Assembly: GCA_027923505.1 (NCBI GenBank)
Contig: BROI01000040.1
Span: 62,001-94,381 of the forward strand
Length of the DNA stretch: 32,381 bases
Direction: 5' to 3'
Source: Mayamaea pseudoterrestris
Lineage: Eukaryota
A model generated the notes under the pieces. The model was not told where the DNA came from, ran no database searches, and was given only the letters and a program-made list of their open reading frames with translations. The position numbers and the translations under genes were made by a program. Below, piece after piece: positions 30,628 through 32,381 of the stretch. Position 1 is the first letter of the stretch; every line of letters starts with the position of its first letter.

Positions 30628-32381
30628 ATGTCTTCGACGAGCAATACTCCGACGACAGGAGCGGCGTCGAGCGGTGGAGGTGCACCTCCCGCTCCGCCAG
30701 CAAGCGAAGGAAACCGACGCAACCGTCATTATCGTCGTGGGAATCGTGCTGGGAATCGTTCCGGGAATCAAGGCAATGGTAACAGACTCAACGGACCGAG
30801 TCGTGCGCCGAGTGGAAATTTCCAAGGAAGCGAGCCGACGCTCGCTGGATTCATCTACGACTATAACGGTTCGCGCGATCCCGATGGATTCATCCGTACG
30901 ACGAACGAGATCATCACTTTCGTCGGGCGCTCCTACAAGAAATATACCAAGGAGCTGCTCAAGGGCATGCGCAACGTGGAACTGGAGATTCCTGACGAGC
31001 CTGCACGTCCAACGAAGGATGCCGACACGACGGACTCGGACTGGTCCATAATGCTCGAGGAATACAAGGCCGACAAGAAAGAGCATGTCGAGCGCGTGCG
31101 TGTATACTCCGACTTCCTCGCTGGTCTCTACGCCGTGTTGCATGGACAATGCACGGAGCGTATGAAGGATCGTGTCAAGTCGCACGCCAAGTTCCGAGAC
31201 GCCGAGGAGGACACGGACGGAATTAAGTTGCTGGCGATTATCAAAGGAGATCTCGCATACGTACGAAGGGCGCTGCAAACTTGTGGATCAAGTCGTGGAC
31301 ATTCAAGCTGAGTTGTTCGGACGTACTCAAGGAGCGCGCGAAAGCCTGCAGAAATATTACGAAAGCATGGTCACGCTGGCAGACGTGGCGAAGGCGGTTG
31401 GCGTCACGATGCACAACGAGATTGTGGCGTTGAACATTGCCAGGATGACAATCGTAACAAAGGCGAACAAGGAGGATATCAAGGCCGCCGAAGAGCTCGA
31501 GCTTGCGATGCTTTTCGTGCGTGGCGCAACGGGCGAATACGCTGGGTATTGCAAGCGCTTGCGCAACTGCTACCTCGACGGGCACGACAACTTCCGTTGA
31601 CGATCCACGATGCATACAACATCATGCAGCGTCGTGAGCAAGCGGATGGAGAAGCCACGTTGCCAACGAACGAGGGCGTGGCGTTTCACACGAATGGTAC
31701 AGCGAGTGACCCTCCCAGATGCTGGACCTATACACAGGTTGGTCATGTGAAGCGAGACAGTCCTACGAGAACGGAGTCGACGGAGAGTGCGCCGGCTGCA
31801 GGAGGCTAGTGGGGCGCAGCACTTCACGCTGGGTAGCGAGGAAGAAAGCGATGACGACGATGAGGTCGGATACATGTTCGCGCAGCCGCCGAAGGTGAAC
31901 ATCTCGAAGAAGGCTGTGCTCTTGGACAATCAGTCGACAGTGGATCTGTTCTGCAACGCCAAGATGCTGACGAACATTCGCCCGGTGCCAACGTGGATGG
32001 TGATCAAAGTGCAACGCTGGTACAGTAAGGACGAACATGATGGGCGACCTGGAGGGCTATGGTCCGTGTGGTGGTAGCCGCAGGGACTGGCGAACATTTT
32101 GAGTTTGGTGCAAGTCCGCAAGAAGTTTACCGTGGAGTATCTCATGCACGGCGTGGATCGTCCAATGTTCGTTGTGGAGAAGCCGGATGGTAAGCAGCGA
32201 GAGTTTGTCGAGACTGACTCTGGGCTGTATGTTTGCGAGAGCTTTTCGAAGGGCAAGCGCAGCGATGTCAAGGATGGAGTGGCGATGTTGACTACGGTAG
32301 ACGATAACCGTACTAACTACACCAATGATGACTATTTACGCGCTGTTAGAGCTTGGGAACTGCAAATCAAAATTGGACGGC
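30628..32381 (+). pseudogene. Frameshifted gag-pol of the Copia element
   Basis: The protein-like reading switches frame near 31247, 31594, 31803, 32008 and 32064, with an in-frame TAG at 32075-32077. The knuckle reads CWTYTQVGHVKRDS instead of CxxCxxxxHxxxxC. Confidence 0.75.

Larger units (their letters stand above)
30390..32381 (+). mobile_element. Ty1/Copia LTR retrotransposon (CoDi-like), 5' portion, truncated by window end
   Basis: Gag-like segment (LYAVLHGQCTERMKDRVKS..DGIKLLAIIK), degenerate zinc knuckle, aspartic protease LLDNQSTVDLFCN, ANILSL, SGLY and pre-integrase-like RAxELQIKIGR, in Copia order. Confidence 0.88.

Overview
Eukaryotic genomic DNA, most likely from a diatom (inferred from short GT-AG introns, diatom-type LRR, Cys-module and RNI-like families, and a CoDi-like Copia element). 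Left to right: the 3' part of an intron-containing M43 (pappalysin/ulilysin-like) metalloprotease with a Cys-rich module and Pro/Thr stalk; a fucosyltransferase-like type II membrane protein; a 5.6 kb block of two abutting tandem arrays (about 15 x 169 bp, then about 8.7 x 356 bp); two paralogous membrane-anchored LRR proteins; a DUF4116-repeat protein; a 1785 aa disordered protein; a GT14 glycosyltransferase; an RNI-like LRR protein; an (AGCA)12 microsatellite; and the 5' part of a disrupted Copia LTR retrotransposon running off the right edge. The array block is the most unusual part. The 356-mer is a diverged dimer whose halves keep a 9-bp hairpin with a compensatory base-pair swap. The 169-mer looks like a third relative of the same ~170-185 bp monomer. 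Both arrays show CpG decay and higher-order periodicities. Whether this is a structured RNA/ssDNA array or a transposon-derived satellite cannot be settled from sequence alone.
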